Origin: Bacilli bacterium
GTDB lineage: Bacteria; Bacillota_I; Bacilli_A; ML615J-28; CAG-313
Assembly: GCA_051872775.1 (NCBI GenBank)
Contig: JBJEEE010000019.1
Coordinates: 1-51,455 of the forward strand
DNA length: 51,455 bases
Direction: 5' to 3'
The first letter of the stretch is position 1. Each line of letters opens with the position of its first letter. The notes under the pieces are model-generated. The model did no database searches. It saw only the letters and a program-made list of their open reading frames with translations, and was not told where the DNA came from. Shown piece by piece: positions 25,210 through 34,416 of the stretch. A program made the translations under genes and the position numbers.

Positions 25210-27189
25210 ATGGAAAAGTTTAAACTTGTTGCGCCATATCAACCAATGGGAGACCAAATTGAAGCCATTAGAAGAATAACCGAAAACCTAAATATGGGTA
25301 TCAAGGAACAAACTCTCTTGGGTGCAACAGGTACTGGTAAGACTTTTACAATGGCAAATGTAATTGCCAATGTTAATAAGCCTACATTAGTTTTAGCTCA
25401 TAATAAGACTTTAGCAGGTCAATTATATGCAGAATTAAAAGCTTTCTTTCCGGATAATAGAGTTGAATATTTTATCTCATATTATGACTATTATCAACCT
25501 GAAGCATATGTTCCAAGTAAAGATATGTATATTGAAAAAGATTCAAGTATAAATGATGAGATAGACCAAATGCGGCATGCCGCAACATCATCAATCTTAG
25601 AACGAAGAGATACAATCATTGTGGCAAGTGTTTCTTGTATATATGGCATAGGTGACCCTGAGGATTATGAAAATTCAATGCTTACAATTCGTAAAGGTCA
25701 AATATTAAATCGTGATCATTTAATTGATCGACTTGTACAGATGCAATTTGTATATAGTAGCATTGCTTTTGAACGTGGTATGTTCAGAGTAAAAGGAGAT
25801 AATGTAGATATTTTACCTACATATGAAAATACTGAAGCTATCCGCATTTCTTTTTTTGATGATGAGGTAGAAAAAATCGCTATCTTTGATGTTGTAACAG
25901 GAAAAATCACCCAAAGTGTAGACTTAATCAATATTTTCCCAGCCACTCATTTTATGATGAATGAGGATAAAAAAGAAGAGGCACTTCGTAGGATTAAAGA
26001 AGAACTAGATGAAAGAGTTAAGTACTTCTTAAGTCATAATCGCCCTCTAGAAGCTGAACGAATCAAACAAAGGACAATGTATGACTTAGAAATGTTAAAA
26101 GAGGTAGGAAGTTGCTCAGGAGTTGAAAACTATTCTCGTCATTTATCATTAAGAGGTGAAGGGGAAACCCCATCAGTATTGCTAGATTTTTTTGATAAAG
26201 ATTATTTAATGATTATTGATGAATCTCATGTAACAATACCTCAAGTAAGAGGAATGTATAACGGTGATAGAAGTCGAAAGCAAACTTTAGTTGATTATGG
26301 ATTTAGATTACCATCAGCCCTTGATAATCGTCCTCTTAATTTTGAAGAATTTGAAAGCAAGATTAATCAAGTTGTTTATGTTTCCGCAACCCCTGGTGAC
26401 TATGAATTAAGTCGTTCCTACGAGATTGTTGAACAAATCATTCGTCCGACAGGTCTTCTTGATCCAATTGTGGAAATTAGACCTACTAAAAATCAAATTG
26501 ATTATATCTTAGCAGATATTAAAGATCGTATCAGTAAGAATGAACGTACGTTAATAACCACTTTAACTATTAAAATGAGTGAAGATTTAACCGCTTACTT
26601 AAAAGAAGTAGGAATCAAAGTTGCCTATCTTCATTCAGAAATTAAAGCACTTGAAAGACTTGAAATAATAAGAGCGTTACGTAAAGGTACTTATGATGTT
26701 TTAGTTGGTATAAACTTATTAAGAGAAGGATTAGATATTCCTGAAGTTAGTTTAATATGTATACTAGATGCAGATAAAGAAGGTTTCCTAAGAAGTGAAA
26801 GATCACTAATTCAAACCATCGGACGTGCTGCTCGTAATGCTAATGGTAAAGTAGTATTATATGCGGATAAAATGACAGACTCAATCGAAAAGGCAGTCAG
26901 TGAAACATCAAGACGTCGTGAAATTCAAGAAACATATAATCGTGAACATGGTATTGTCCCTCAAACAATCATTAAAGAAATTGGTGAGGCAATTACTATT
27001 TTTAATCCAGATACAGAAGATAATAGCGATGTAATTGACAAAGATTCGATAAAAACGATGTCAAAAATAGAAAAGAAAAAATTAATTGAAAAACTTGAAA
27101 TACAGATGAAAAAAGCTTCCAAAGAACTTAATTTTGAAGAAGCAATAATGTTACGTGATACTATTCTAGAACTTAAATCGGAATTATAA
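25210..27189 (+). CDS. uvrB: excinuclease ABC subunit B
   Basis: GATGTGKT Walker A, DESH box (IIDESHVT), helicase C motifs and a C-terminal UVR domain ([14 protein letters not shown]). Confidence 0.95.
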   Translation: MEKFKLVAPYQPMGDQIEAIRRITENLNMGIKEQTLLGATGTGKTFTMANVIANVNKPTLVLAHNKTLAGQLYAELKAFFPDNRVEYFISYYDYYQPEAYVPSKDMYIEKDSSINDEIDQMRHAATSSILERRDTIIVASVSCIYGIGDPEDYENSMLTIRKGQILNRDHLIDRLVQMQFVYSSIAFERGMFRVKGDNVDILPTYENTEAIRISFFDDEVEKIAIFDVVTGKITQSVDLINIFPATHFMMNEDKKEEALRRIKEELDERVKYFLSHNRPLEAERIKQRTMYDLEMLKEVGSCSGVENYSRHLSLRGEGETPSVLLDFFDKDYLMIIDESHVTIPQVRGMYNGDRSRKQTLVDYGFRLPSALDNRPLNFEEFESKINQVVYVSATPGDYELSRSYEIVEQIIRPTGLLDPIVEIRPTKNQIDYILADIKDRISKNERTLITTLTIKMSEDLTAYLKEVGIKVAYLHSEIKALERLEIIRALRKGTYDVLVGINLLREGLDIPEVSLICILDADKEGFLRSERSLIQTIGRAARNANGKVVLYADKMTDSIEKAVSETSRRREIQETYNREHGIVPQTIIKEIGEAITIFNPDTEDNSDVIDKDSIKTMSKIEKKKLIEKLEIQMKKASKELNFEEAIMLRDTILELKSEL

Positions 27190-27203
27190 AAGGAGGCATG
27201 AAA

Positions 27204-28331
27204 ATGTCAAAAAAACCAAAAGTCATTATTGGTTTATCAGGCGGTGTGGATAGCAGCGTTGGGGTTATTAAACTACTTGAGGCAGGATATGATGTCGAAG
27301 CAATCTTTATGAGAAATTGGGATTCAGCTGTAAATAACGATATTTTAGGAAATCCTGATTTAATGGATGATGTTTGTCCACAAGAAAAAGACTACATGGA
27401 TGCCCAAAGTGTCGCCAATCAACTAGGGATTAGACTTCATCGTATTGATTTTATCGATGAATATTGGAATGAAGTATTTACGTATTTTATTGAGGAATAT
27501 AAAAAGAACCGCACTCCTAATCCTGATATTTTATGTAATAAAGAAATCAAATTTAAGGCATTTTTAAAAGCGGCAGAAGCAATGGGAGCCGATTATATAG
27601 CAATGGGACACTATGCTAGAGTTATTCATGATGGTGATAAACACTATCTATTAAGAGGAGTAGACTCTAATAAAGATCAAACCTATTTCTTATCTCAGCT
27701 TTCTTCTAGTCAAATCGCAAAAGCGCTTTTTCCAGTTGGTGATTTACTAAAAAGTGAGGTTAGACAAATTGCTCATGACCATAATTTAATTGTTGCAGAT
27801 AAGAAAGATTCAACGGGAATATGTTTTATTGGAGAACGTAACTTTAAAGAATTCTTAAAAAACTATATTCCAGCGTGTCCTGGTAATATGGTTACTTCTA
27901 ATCATGAGGTAGTAGGAAGACATGAAGGATTGATGTATTATACAATTGGACAACGTCATGGTCTTGGTATTGGGGGACCTGGTGAGGCTTGGTTTGTTAT
28001 CGGTAAAAATGCATCTAATAATGAATTAATTGTTGGTCAAGGCGATGAACAAGAATTATTATACGCTAATAGAGCTATCATCAAAGATATTAATATTATT
28101 AATCCTCCACTTGTCAATACCGAAACCTTAACCGCAAAATTTCGTTATCGCAGTCAAGATGTAGGTGTAACAATTAAGTATCTTGATGAATCCACTCTTG
28201 AAGTAAAAACAAAAGTACCGGTAAAAGCAATGACTCCCGGACAAGCTTGCGTTTTTTATGATGGTGAGTACTGTCTAGGTGGGGGTACGATTGATCAAGT
28301 ATTTATGAATGATGAACTAAGGAGATATTAG
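27204..28331 (+). CDS. mnmA: tRNA 2-thiouridine(34) synthase MnmA
   Basis: PP-loop SGGVDSS and NPDILCN motif. Start set at the ATG at 27204, 7 nt after AGGAGG; the 27198 ATG is too close to the RBS. Confidence 0.9.
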   Translation: MSKKPKVIIGLSGGVDSSVGVIKLLEAGYDVEAIFMRNWDSAVNNDILGNPDLMDDVCPQEKDYMDAQSVANQLGIRLHRIDFIDEYWNEVFTYFIEEYKKNRTPNPDILCNKEIKFKAFLKAAEAMGADYIAMGHYARVIHDGDKHYLLRGVDSNKDQTYFLSQLSSSQIAKALFPVGDLLKSEVRQIAHDHNLIVADKKDSTGICFIGERNFKEFLKNYIPACPGNMVTSNHEVVGRHEGLMYYTIGQRHGLGIGGPGEAWFVIGKNASNNELIVGQGDEQELLYANRAIIKDINIINPPLVNTETLTAKFRYRSQDVGVTIKYLDESTLEVKTKVPVKAMTPGQACVFYDGEYCLGGGTIDQVFMNDELRRY

Positions 28332-28334
28332 AAA

Positions 28335-30683
28335 ATGAGTGAAGAGATTAACGGAAGTATCGCTAAAGTCTTATACTATAATAACGACAACGGTTATACC
28401 GTTGCTCTTTTCGAATTAGATTATAAAAACGAACGTAATCATAAAATAAAAAATAAAATATATGGTAAAAATATATGTGTGGTAGGTTATTTCGACCATC
28501 AAGTTTATGTGGGAGAAGAATTTGTTATTAATGGTGAATTTGTGAATGATCCTCATTATGGTCTACAATTTAAATTTACATCGTTTTCAAGAGTAACGTT
28601 AAATAATGAATATGGGGTAATTGCTTATTTATCTAGTGATTTATTTCCAGGTGTTGGTGTAAAAATAGCCAAAACGATTGTTCAAAAACTTGGTATTGAT
28701 GCCATTGATTTAATTAAACGTAATCCCGATGTTTTAGATGATGTTAATATTAATCCTAAAATTAAATCAATCATATATAGTGGAATAATAAATGATTTGG
28801 CCAACCAAGAAGCTACCATCTTTCTTTTAGATAACGGAATATCGATTGGTACCGCAAATAAAATTATAAAAAGATTAGGAAGCAACATAATTAGTGATTT
28901 AAAAGAAAATCCTTATATTTTAATGGATACGATAGATCATTTTGGATTTAAAAAAAATGATCAATTTGCTTTAAATCTAGGGATAAAAAAAGATGATACC
29001 ATTCGTTTAAAAGCCTTAGTATCATATATATTAAAAGAAATAATTTATAATTCAGGTAATAGTTTTTCTACCTTTGATGAACTTTATGAAAAAATTGTCA
29101 ATTATATTCAAGAAGAAATTGAACATAATAGATTTAATGAAATATTACGCTTGCTAGAGAAAGAAAAAAAGATACATATAGAAAATAATCAAATTTTTGA
29201 TGCACGTCTATATAATTGGGAGTTATCTTTAGCAAAAGAAATAGTTTGTTTATTAAAAGGTGAACGAAATAAAGAAAAAAAGATGGATACTTTCTCCATA
29301 GAACAAATTAATGAAATATATAAAACCATTGAAAAAGAAAGCTCAATCATCTTCAATGAAGAACAAGCCCTTGCAATAACTTCAGCCTTCTTAGAACCAA
29401 TGGTAATCATAACTGGTGGTCCAGGTACAGGAAAAACAACCATCATTCATGCAATAATTAAAATGTATCTTAAATTATACAAAGATTCAAGTAGTTTAGC
29501 AAATGAAATAGCGATTCTTGCGCCAACAGGACGTGCCGCCAAGCGACTTAACGAAACAACCAATATGGCTACATCAACTATTCATAAGTTTTTAGGTTTT
29601 ACGGGTGGTGAAAATTATGAATATAATCAATACAATAGAACTAGTGCCCGCTTAATTATTGTTGATGAAGCTTCTATGATGGATTTACCACTTGCATATC
29701 GATTAGTATCATCAATGCATGAAGATGCAAGACTGATTATTGTTGGTGATGTTGACCAACTTCCAGCTGTAGGTCCAGGACAAGTCTTAAAGGATTTAAT
29801 AGATACTAAGGAAATAAAAACCATTAGATTAACGCACATTCATCGTCAAGCTGAAAACTCTAGCATCATTAAACTTGCTCATAGCATTAATGAAGGTAAA
29901 ATTCCAGAAACAATTATGGATAAGTTTAGCGACCGTTCATTTATTCCAACCGATAATGAACATTTAGTTCCTTTATTAGTTGAAGTCGTTCAAAAAGCCA
30001 TAGCAAAAGGAAAAGATATTCAAAAAGATATTCAAATTCTTATTCCGATGTACAAAGGTGAGTTAGGTATTATTGAAGTAAACAAACAAATTCAAAATTT
30101 GGTTAACCCACTTAAAGAAGATCAAAAAGAATTAAAAGTACTTGGTCAAACCTTTAGAGAAAACGATAAAGTAATACAACTTGTTAATCATGCGGATAAA
30201 GGAATAATGAATGGAGATATTGGAATAGTAAATAATTTTAAATATAAAGATTTTAAAATTAATGGATTAAGTGTTTTGTTTGATTCTGGTCTAGTTGATT
30301 ATTCCTTAGAAGAAGTAGAAGAATTAAGTTTAGCTTATGCCATAAGTATTCATAAAGCACAAGGTAGTGAATTCGACCTAGTCATTATGCCTATTACAAC
30401 TAAACACTATATTATGTTGAAACGTAAATTGATTTATACAGGCATAACACGAGCTAAAAATAGTCTCGTTCTTATAGGTGATTTAAAAGCCTTAAGATTA
30501 GGAACAATACAAGTTGAGAATAATCGTAAAACTATTCTCAAAGATAAAATCATTGAATATCTTCATTATGGTATTACCAAAGATACTCCATCATTAACGA
30601 TTAATGATAGTGAATCGGCATTTGATACTATCGGTGAAGAAGAATTTGGATCCTTAAAACCAAGTGATTTTGAAGATTTTTAA
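28335..30683 (+). CDS. recD2: SF1B ATP-dependent RecD-like DNA helicase (RecD2)
   Basis: GGPGTGKTT Walker A, IIVDEASM, VGDVDQLPAVGPGQV and SIHKAQGSEF motifs, plus an N-terminal OB/HhH region. Confidence 0.9.
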   Translation: MSEEINGSIAKVLYYNNDNGYTVALFELDYKNERNHKIKNKIYGKNICVVGYFDHQVYVGEEFVINGEFVNDPHYGLQFKFTSFSRVTLNNEYGVIAYLSSDLFPGVGVKIAKTIVQKLGIDAIDLIKRNPDVLDDVNINPKIKSIIYSGIINDLANQEATIFLLDNGISIGTANKIIKRLGSNIISDLKENPYILMDTIDHFGFKKNDQFALNLGIKKDDTIRLKALVSYILKEIIYNSGNSFSTFDELYEKIVNYIQEEIEHNRFNEILRLLEKEKKIHIENNQIFDARLYNWELSLAKEIVCLLKGERNKEKKMDTFSIEQINEIYKTIEKESSIIFNEEQALAITSAFLEPMVIITGGPGTGKTTIIHAIIKMYLKLYKDSSSLANEIAILAPTGRAAKRLNETTNMATSTIHKFLGFTGGENYEYNQYNRTSARLIIVDEASMMDLPLAYRLVSSMHEDARLIIVGDVDQLPAVGPGQVLKDLIDTKEIKTIRLTHIHRQAENSSIIKLAHSINEGKIPETIMDKFSDRSFIPTDNEHLVPLLVEVVQKAIAKGKDIQKDIQILIPMYKGELGIIEVNKQIQNLVNPLKEDQKELKVLGQTFRENDKVIQLVNHADKGIMNGDIGIVNNFKYKDFKINGLSVLFDSGLVDYSLEEVEELSLAYAISIHKAQGSEFDLVIMPITTKHYIMLKRKLIYTGITRAKNSLVLIGDLKALRLGTIQVENNRKTILKDKIIEYLHYGITKDTPSLTINDSESAFDTIGEEEFGSLKPSDFEDF

Positions 30684-30858
30684 AATGTAATTATTGACAA
30701 AATTCTTTTTGTATATCAATTTATTTATCTCATATAATATTAATGCTAAACAATATTTGATGTCTACTAGAAGAACATATAATATTCACTGTGTTTAGAA
30801 CTTTTAGTCAAAAACAATATTTTGAATTTAGCACTTTAAACAAAAATGAGGTGAAAAG

Positions 30859-31059
30859 ATGAAATCATCAGTATTTCCCTTTATTGCGGGGGGAATGACA
30901 GTTTTAGGAGTTTGGCTTGCGTATGCAAATCGCAGTGCTCTTGATAAACTAGTCAAAAGTATTGGCGATACGACCGAACAAACTATCGAAAAGTTTAAAG
31001 CAAAAATGGATGCTATGACATGTCAAAATAATGATTGTTGTTGTAATAATCCAGAATAA
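30859..31059 (+). CDS. 66-aa membrane-anchored small protein (YtxH-like helix) with a Cys-rich tail
   Basis: RBS gaggtga. A Gly-rich TM segment (FIAGGMTVLGVWLAY) is followed by an amphipathic helix and the tail CQNNDCCCNNPE. Confidence 0.5.
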   Translation: MKSSVFPFIAGGMTVLGVWLAYANRSALDKLVKSIGDTTEQTIEKFKAKMDAMTCQNNDCCCNNPE

Positions 31060-31060
31060 T

Positions 31061-31092
31061 AAAGAGGTTTCTTGGGAAGCCTTTTTATTTTT
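31061..31092 (+). terminator. terminator after the small Cys-rich ORF
   Basis: ggtttc / gaagcc stem (with G-U) extended by A/T pairing, followed by a T-run. Confidence 0.5.
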
Positions 31093-31125
31093 GATTTCTT
31101 TTTTATTATAAAATATTTTAAAGTG

Positions 31126-31134
31126 TGGTATAAT
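31126..31134 (+). promoter_or_regulatory. extended -10 promoter element of the M16C peptidase gene
   Basis: TGgTATAAT at 31126-31134. The -35 is weak (ttataa). Confidence 0.5.
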
Positions 31135-31163
31135 ACTAATATCAAAAGAAAGAAGGGATAATA

Positions 31164-34049
31164 ATGAAAAACTATCAAGTAATAAAAGAAAAATACATAG
31201 ATGAAGTTGCATCAAATGTAAAACTCTTAAAGCATATTAAATCAGGTGCACATATTCTTCTTTTAGAAAATAATGATGATAATAAAGTATTTTCAATTGG
31301 ATTTAGAACTCCACCAACAGATGATACGGGTGTTCCTCATATTCTTGAGCATTCAACTTTATGTGGTTCTAAAAAATTCCCAGTAAAAGATCCATTTGTA
31401 GAATTATTAAAAAGTTCACTTAATACTTTCTTAAATGCAATGACGTTTGCGGATAAAACGATGTATCCTGTCGCAAGTTGTAATGAAAAAGATTTTGCTA
31501 ATTTGATGGAAGTATATATGGATGCAGTGCTATATCCAAATGTGTATAAACATGAAGAAATATTTAAACAAGAAGGCTGGCATTATGAGCTAGATGATGT
31601 AGATGGTGAAATAACTTATAATGGAGTTGTTTACAATGAAATGAAAGGTGCTTTCTCAAGTCCAGATCAAATTGTATCACGTGTTTCCAGACATGCATTA
31701 TATCCTGATACAACTTATGGAGTAGAATCAGGAGGCGATCCTGAGTTTATCCCTGATTTAACTTATGAAGCATTTAAAAACTTCCATACTAAATTCTATT
31801 CTCCTGCCAATTCATATATTATGCTTTATGGTAATATGAATATGGAAGAAAAACTAGAATGGCTAGATAAAGAATATTTATCTAAATTTGATAAAATTTC
31901 CGTCAACTCAGATATCGAATATCAAAAGCCTTTTTCTAATCCACGTGAAGAATCATACTTATATCCTGTAGGTAAAGATGAAGAACTTGAAGGAAAAACT
32001 TATTACTCATATAATGCAGTGGTAGGTACATATAAAGAGACGGTTAAAAGTATGGCCTTTAATATTTTAACCTATGCATTACTTGATGCACCAGGAGCAC
32101 CATTAAAACAAGCTATTCTTGATGCTGGAATAGGACGAGATGTTTTGTCAAGTTTTGATGATGGTTGTATTCAACCTTCTTTAAATATAATTGTAAAAGA
32201 TGCATTAAGTGGTAAACTTCCTGAACTTAAAAAAGTAATAAATGATACATTATTAGGACTTGTTAAAAATGGTATTGATAAAAAATCACTTTTATCAGCT
32301 ATAAATTATTATGAATTTAAGTATCGTGAAGCTGATTTTGGTGGCACTCCTAAAGGTTTAGTTTATGGCATTATCTCAATGTCAACTTGGCTTTATGATG
32401 AGTCAGACCCATTCTCACCTCTTGAGTATTATAAGATTTTTGATGAGATTAAAGAAAAAGTTAATACGCATTATTTTGAAGATATAATTGAAGAATGTCT
32501 AATCAATAATAATCATATTGCATATGTAACTGTTTCTCCAAGTAATACTTTAGGAGAAGAAAGAGAACAAAAATTAAGAGAAAAACTAAAAGCATATAAA
32601 GAAACGCTATCTCAAAGTGAGTTAGAACAACTTGTAGAAGATACAAAAGTATTAAAGAAATATCAAGAGACTCCATCAACAAAAGAAGAACTAGCAACTA
32701 TCCCTCTTTTAACAAAAAATGATATTGACGATCATTCACCAGAAATTTCAAATATTGAAGAAGAAGTTGAAGGTATAAAGATTGTTAAACATGATTTTGA
32801 TACAAGAGGTATTGGATATTTAAGTTTTGCATTTAATACAAAAGATGTTCCAGAAAGACTTGTTCCATATATTGGTTTATTAAAAAATATTATTGGTAAA
32901 GTTGATACGAAAAACTATTCATTTGAAGATTTAACAAAAGAAATCTATATTAATACTGGTGGAATTTATCCATATGTTTCTTGCATTAGTGTAGATGATA
33001 ATGATGTTTTACCACTTTTCTTCTTAGAAACTAAAGCATTAGATGAGAAAGTTCCATTTGTATTCAAGATGATTAAAGAAATGATTACTTCATCTAACTA
33101 TGATATGAAAAAACGAATTATGGAAATACTTGCGGAAACTAAATCGCAAAAGCAAATGCAATTAATGGGAGCCGGTCATGTAGCATCTATTAATCGTGCT
33201 TTATCATATATTCGTAAATCTAGTTACTATAACGAACTTGTTGATGGTATATCACAATATTCATTTATTGAAACGTTAGTAAAACAATTTGATGAAAAAT
33301 ATGATGAAATTGTTAATAATCTTAATGAACTAGTAAAACATATATTTAGAAAAGAAAACTTGATAATTTCTTATACGGGTAAATCATTTAATTATCAACA
33401 AGAAGTAAAAGATTTGGTTCAAAATCTATATCAAGACGATGTCGAAAAAGGTCAAGTAGAATTTGTTCAAAATTGTTTAAACGAAGGGTTTAAAACTCCT
33501 TCTCAAGTACAATATGTAGCAAGAGTTGGTAATTATAAAGGCGTTGGTGAATACACAGGCGCATTCTCTGTTTTCGCAATGGCACTAAGATATGATTATT
33601 TATGGGTAAAAGTGAGAGTTCTTGGTGGTGCATATGGCTGCATGAGTAATTTCACAAGAGATGGTAACATCTTCTTCGTATCATATCGTGATCCAAATCT
33701 AGAAAAAACTATGGAAGTATATGAAAATGTAATATCATATATTGATAGTTTCAATCCAACAGAAGAAGATTTAACAAAATATGTTATCGGCGCAATCGGT
33801 GAGGTTGATTTCCCATATCCTCCACGTACACTTGGAAGTAAGTCATTTACTTATTATTTACAAGGTGTTACTGAAAAAGATCTTATGTTATCGCGTCAAC
33901 AAATTGTAAATGTAACCCTTGAAGATATTAAAGCACTAAAACCTTTAATTGAAAAAGCATTATCAGATCATGCATTATGTGTCATTGGTAATGAAAACAA
34001 GATTGATTCATCATCAATCTTCAATGAAAAGAAAAACTTATTTAATTAA
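31164..34049 (+). CDS. M16C-family zinc metallopeptidase (PreP/presequence-protease-like)
   Basis: HILEH (HxxEH) within VPHILEHSTLCGSKKFPVKDPFVELLKSSLNTFLNAMTFADKTMYPVAS, which is typical of PreP-type M16C enzymes. A length of 961 aa fits. Confidence 0.85.
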   Translation: MKNYQVIKEKYIDEVASNVKLLKHIKSGAHILLLENNDDNKVFSIGFRTPPTDDTGVPHILEHSTLCGSKKFPVKDPFVELLKSSLNTFLNAMTFADKTMYPVASCNEKDFANLMEVYMDAVLYPNVYKHEEIFKQEGWHYELDDVDGEITYNGVVYNEMKGAFSSPDQIVSRVSRHALYPDTTYGVESGGDPEFIPDLTYEAFKNFHTKFYSPANSYIMLYGNMNMEEKLEWLDKEYLSKFDKISVNSDIEYQKPFSNPREESYLYPVGKDEELEGKTYYSYNAVVGTYKETVKSMAFNILTYALLDAPGAPLKQAILDAGIGRDVLSSFDDGCIQPSLNIIVKDALSGKLPELKKVINDTLLGLVKNGIDKKSLLSAINYYEFKYREADFGGTPKGLVYGIISMSTWLYDESDPFSPLEYYKIFDEIKEKVNTHYFEDIIEECLINNNHIAYVTVSPSNTLGEEREQKLREKLKAYKETLSQSELEQLVEDTKVLKKYQETPSTKEELATIPLLTKNDIDDHSPEISNIEEEVEGIKIVKHDFDTRGIGYLSFAFNTKDVPERLVPYIGLLKNIIGKVDTKNYSFEDLTKEIYINTGGIYPYVSCISVDDNDVLPLFFLETKALDEKVPFVFKMIKEMITSSNYDMKKRIMEILAETKSQKQMQLMGAGHVASINRALSYIRKSSYYNELVDGISQYSFIETLVKQFDEKYDEIVNNLNELVKHIFRKENLIISYTGKSFNYQQEVKDLVQNLYQDDVEKGQVEFVQNCLNEGFKTPSQVQYVARVGNYKGVGEYTGAFSVFAMALRYDYLWVKVRVLGGAYGCMSNFTRDGNIFFVSYRDPNLEKTMEVYENVISYIDSFNPTEEDLTKYVIGAIGEVDFPYPPRTLGSKSFTYYLQGVTEKDLMLSRQQIVNVTLEDIKALKPLIEKALSDHALCVIGNENKIDSSSIFNEKKNLFN

Positions 34050-34067
34050 CATATTTGTATAGTATGA

Positions 34068-34109
34068 AGGTAATAGAATAGTATTTGTATTATTCTATTG
34101 CCTTTTTTT
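34068..34109 (+). terminator. rho-independent terminator
   Basis: 13-bp stem: aggtaatagaata (34068-34080) pairs with tattctattgcct (34091-34103), followed by T7. Confidence 0.85.
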
Positions 34110-34416
34110 ATATCTAAACATTATAATGGAGGTGTAATTTAAATTAAAAAATAATTTTATAACTATTTTTGTAAGTAATAACCCTAAAAGAACAGTATAT
34201 AGATATATGTTCATATACTGATAGAAGATCTTGAAAGTCTTAATATTAGCATCATTTTATTTATTGTTCAAACATTTTCTAAAAATAACTATTAAAACAT
34301 TTTCATAAATTAAAAGTATAGTATACAAATATGGTCTTCTTTTCTTTTCTTTTTTTTAAATATATGGTAAAATAAACATAAGTATTAAAGTAATATAATA
34401 TTAAAAGGGTATAGAT

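Noticed and set aside
30859-34049. Cys-rich 66-aa peptide plus M16 peptidase, considered as a RiPP biosynthetic cluster.
   Set aside because: The genes are separated by a terminator and an independent promoter. The peptidase is a housekeeping PreP-type M16C enzyme. No modifying enzyme or transporter is adjacent. The peptide itself is retained as a low-interest observation.
34190-34212. GAACAGTATATAGATATATGTTC palindrome upstream of addB, considered as a LexA (Cheo) box.
   Set aside because: The Cheo box is GAAC-N4-GTTC. Here the half-sites are 15 nt apart, so it does not fit. It is probably a fortuitous AT-rich palindrome.
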